Shown one piece after another: positions 61,911-64,000 of a DNA stretch of 64,000 nt; the first letter of the stretch is position 1; the number at the start of each line of letters is the position of its first letter. The position numbers and the translations under genes were made by a program. A model generated the notes under the pieces. That model did not search any database. It worked only from the letters and a program-made list of their open reading frames with translations, and was not told the origin of the DNA. Origin of the DNA: Bdellovibrionales bacterium (lineage in GTDB: Bacteria; Bdellovibrionota; Bdellovibrionia; Bdellovibrionales; UBA1609); the NCBI GenBank assembly GCA_965261545.1, contig CBDHDF010000010.1, forward strand, positions 928,001 to 992,000, in the 5' to 3' direction.

Positions 61911-63563
61911 GTGATTAACATCAAAGGTGCAAAAATGATGAAAATAGTCCAATATTCAACAAAAATAGAGATTTTATTTTATGTGATTCTTTTTACCATC
62001 TTTGTTGGAGCCTTAAATGTCAAAAGTAGAGCAAATACAGAAAATGTAAAATCCACAAACACTCCCTCAAAAAACAATTCCGAAGGAAAAAGTCTCGAAT
62101 TAAGCAACAAATTTATGAATAGCAAAGAAAAGCAAGGTTTTCGTTACTGGCCCACAGATGATCTCTTCTGGAAGGAATACCAGGATTTATATCAAAAAGA
62201 ACAAATCCAAAACGCTATAGGTTTCGCTTGGAGCCAACTGCAAAGCTTTGGAGATGAAACCCCGGAAGGAGCAGAAGCTTATCTTGCCATAGCGCAATCT
62301 CTGTTTAAGAAGGGTTATACCTATGCCAGCTTTTTAATACTTATTGACTTAGCCAAGGATCGCATCGGAACTCAGGTCGGTATTGCGGCCCTTTACGAAC
62401 TATCTCTATTGGCAGAAACATCTCTTTACGACAAAGGTTCTCTCACCAATTTCTTGAATAATCACGATTTTGGCAATCTCCATTCTGATATTAGAAGCTT
62501 TATCAGCTATCATAAATCTCTCAGAAATATGACCTTTGGCTACAATAAGTGGGCGAAGAAATATATCACACAAATAGATCCCACCAGCCACTGGTCCTAC
62601 CTCTTTCAGTACTGGGGAGCCATTGGAGAGGTGGCAAGAGATAAAATTGATTCCGCTTTGCCGACACTACAGAGTCTCCAAGAGAATACGAAAGTGCGGC
62701 CCTCACTGAGAAATTTGGCGAGTTTGCAGATAGCTAGGCTTGAATTTGAAAAGGGTCAATTTGATACAGCGTACAACATTTACTCAAACATAGGCCATCT
62801 CGGCGTGCGTGAGCAGGGCCGCATTCAGCTTGAACGCGCTTGGGCACAGTACTATACAGGAAACTATTCCAAAGCTTTAGGGCTGCTTTCAGCCTTGAGA
62901 GCTCCTTATTTTCGACCCTCCTTAAGTCCAGAAAGATTTATATTAGAAATGCTTATTTTTCGTGAACTTTGCCACTACAACTCCGTTTTAAATACAGCCA
63001 AAAGATTCCAATCAACCTATAGAAGTGCCTTTAAAACGATTCAAAAAAGAACTCCTCTCAAAAACAACAAAGTGCTTCTTAGCATGAGCTTGATGAATAA
63101 AGATATTCAAGACAAGGCCAATCTCATTGCCCTTATTCGTAGGGAGAAAGCAAAATTTAAAGAAGAAAAAATAGCACCGAACCTCATTAAAAAATTGATG
63201 ACTCAACACAAGAATGCCGATCAAAGGCTACAAATGGAAATCGATTATCAAATTGAGGATCATATTCGACAAATAGCCAGTGAGCTTCTAGAATATCGAG
63301 ATGAAGTTTCTTTTCTAAAGTATACAGCAACATTGGATAATTTGAGAATTGTTCGTCGAGGAGAGGGGCGAGAATATGCATCGGAGTCTATTTCCACATC
63401 GACCTTTGATCGAATCTATTGGCCTGTTGAAACACGATATGGAGTTATAGAATACTGGACTGACGAATTTGAGGATTATAAAATGCTTATTTCCAGTCGT
63501 TGCTACAGTGAAGCTCCTCAAAAAAATCCATCTAGCAAAGAACTGGAAAGAAGATTTAAGTAA
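61911..63563 (+). CDS. GltC-like TPR gliding-motility protein
   Basis: LERAWA..NYSKALG..APYF, LCHY, YWP..EYW.DE C-terminus. Confidence 0.7.
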   Translation: MINIKGAKMMKIVQYSTKIEILFYVILFTIFVGALNVKSRANTENVKSTNTPSKNNSEGKSLELSNKFMNSKEKQGFRYWPTDDLFWKEYQDLYQKEQIQNAIGFAWSQLQSFGDETPEGAEAYLAIAQSLFKKGYTYASFLILIDLAKDRIGTQVGIAALYELSLLAETSLYDKGSLTNFLNNHDFGNLHSDIRSFISYHKSLRNMTFGYNKWAKKYITQIDPTSHWSYLFQYWGAIGEVARDKIDSALPTLQSLQENTKVRPSLRNLASLQIARLEFEKGQFDTAYNIYSNIGHLGVREQGRIQLERAWAQYYTGNYSKALGLLSALRAPYFRPSLSPERFILEMLIFRELCHYNSVLNTAKRFQSTYRSAFKTIQKRTPLKNNKVLLSMSLMNKDIQDKANLIALIRREKAKFKEEKIAPNLIKKLMTQHKNADQRLQMEIDYQIEDHIRQIASELLEYRDEVSFLKYTATLDNLRIVRRGEGREYASESISTSTFDRIYWPVETRYGVIEYWTDEFEDYKMLISSRCYSEAPQKNPSSKELERRFK

Positions 63564-63613
63564 TGATAATTTAAGTAATGACAATTTAAATAATGACATT
63601 GGGAAATAATAAG

Positions 63614-64000
63614 GTGAAAAGAAAAGAATACAAATCTACTCAATTAATTCTTATCATCAGAAATGTCATATTATTTTCTCTTAATTTCTTTCTTATTGCT
63701 ATGGTTTTTTCCACTTCACCCTCTGCTCAAGAAACCAAGTCATTGAGCCTTGAGCAAATGCATAGAAATTTGACAAAAATACGAAAAAGTACTGAAGAAA
63801 CAAAAAAGAAAATTAAAATCATTCGAGACGCAAGATTTCTTCCGGAACTTTATTTTGCTCTTGCTGAATTTTATATTGATGAGGCTAAATATTTATATCT
63901 TATTAAAGTGGCTGAAAATAAAAATGCTCCTGTGGAAGAATTGGATTTCGCTAGCAGCAAGAGGCTTAAAGTTCTAGCAATTAAAACCTATAACTATATT
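63614..64000 (+). CDS. Exported TPR protein, partial (possibly GltD/AgmU-like)
   Basis: Manual translation from GTG: signal peptide, then PELYFALAEFYIDEAKY; open to window end. Confidence 0.65.
   Translation, partial: MKRKEYKSTQLILIIRNVILFSLNFFLIAMVFSTSPSAQETKSLSLEQMHRNLTKIRKSTEETKKKIKIIRDARFLPELYFALAEFYIDEAKYLYLIKVAENKNAPVEELDFASSKRLKVLAIKTYNYI

Overview
Bacterial chromosome segment, most likely Bdellovibrionota (inferred from protein style, a caa3-type cox operon, glt-like gliding genes, sigma28/sigma54 promoters). Core content: nitrilase, rplX-rpmB/rpsR, hpt, bamD, trxA, lptF, a complete A2-type cytochrome c oxidase operon, nfuA, four tRNAs-tuf-tRNA-Trp-secE-nusG-rplKAJL-rpoBC-rpsLG, pyrG-kdsD-pfkA, and the start of a glt-like operon. 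Four IS elements have ends I could map. Two are IS4-like with 10-bp TSDs, one of them encoding a DUF4338 (DruA-like)-transposase fusion inserted in an rpn pseudogene. Two are IS1634-like, one of them flanked by an apparently perfect 409-bp direct repeat (long target duplication) that copied its neighbour's end. Other oddities: no fusA after rpsG, an HPRT lacking its acidic PRPP/Mg residues, a candidate anti-SD sRNA, and pervasive degenerate micro-tandem duplications at gene junctions and inside housekeeping proteins. All calls are by eye; no searches were run.
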